The notes under the pieces: generated by a model
Databases searched by the model: none
Told to the model about the DNA's origin: nothing
The model's input: the letters and a program-made list of their open reading frames with translations, nothing else
Program-made: the position numbers and the translations under genes
From: a virus
Lineage: Duplodnaviria; Caudoviricetes
Virus record (IMG/VR): IMGVR_UViG_3300008085_000051
Location: 1 to 45,712 of that record
Reading direction: 5' to 3' (one strand)
Length of the DNA: 45,712 bases
In this document: piece after piece, positions 45,445 to 45,712 of the stretch
How the letters are laid out: the number at the start of each line of letters is the position of its first letter
Numbering within the stretch: position 1 is the first letter of the stretch

Positions 45445-45712
45445 ATGACAATGCAAACACTCATAAAATGGCCTGGTGGTAAAACAAAAGAATTTATCTA
45501 TATAAAAGATTTAATTCCTTCTTTTGAAAGATATATTGAACCTTTTTTTGGTGGTGGAGGAATATTTTTTCAGTTAGAACCTAAAAATACAATAATTAAT
45601 GATATTTGTGAAGAATTAACTGACTTTTATTCTTTGTTAAAAGAAGAGAATGAAAGAGAAGATTTTAAAAAAGAATTATATGAATACGCTAATAACTGGG
45701 AGAAAATACCTA
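45445..45712 (+). CDS. Dam/D12-class DNA adenine methyltransferase, 5' part (continues at the window start)
   Basis: MTMQTLIKWPGGKTKE...YIEPFFGGGG...IIND. Confidence 0.93.
   Translation, partial: MTMQTLIKWPGGKTKEFIYIKDLIPSFERYIEPFFGGGGIFFQLEPKNTIINDICEELTDFYSLLKEENEREDFKKELYEYANNWEKIP
45590..45712. repeat. Terminal overlap identical to 1-123
   Basis: Direct sequence identity. Confidence 0.97.

Noticed and set aside
2172-45456. Antisense and nested ORFs in the track (e.g. 2172-2462, 12925-13296, 19921-20229, 27821-28087, 44096-44284)
   Set aside because: They overlap well-supported genes and show no motifs

Overview
The window is a complete, circularly assembled tailed-virus genome (Caudoviricetes, siphovirus-like gene order). 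Bases 1-123 repeat exactly as 45590-45712, giving about 45.6 kb of unique AT-rich sequence. The host is very probably archaeal: about 20 copies of a BRE+TATA promoter (consensus roughly C/G-A-A-A-G/C-G/A-TTTATAAA) recur, many 29 or 33 nt upstream of a leaderless ATG, and the virus encodes an AEP primase, an MCM-like helicase and a B-family polymerase. A DPANN host is my inference. Modules are: terminase, portal, protease, capsid, neck and tail; a glycosyltransferase/methyltransferase insert; an intein-containing RNA ligase; replication and nucleotide genes; DNA methyltransferases; and an AT-rich leftward 'early' cluster. I saw no integrase, tRNA, CRISPR array or reverse transcriptase. The most striking observations are: (i) two large promoter-driven, heavily base-paired intergenic regions that look like uncharacterised structured ncRNAs (about 8717-9163 on +, about 42313-42645 on -), plus a three-hairpin leader at 32979-33070; (ii) a DNA adenine methyltransferase cassette flanked by a 70-bp duplication of a viral promoter, with the second MTase cut off at the repeat; (iii) a 260-aa exonuclease-less PolB; (iv) a LAGLIDADG intein in motif I of an RNA ligase. 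All calls are by eye; no searches or folding programs were run.
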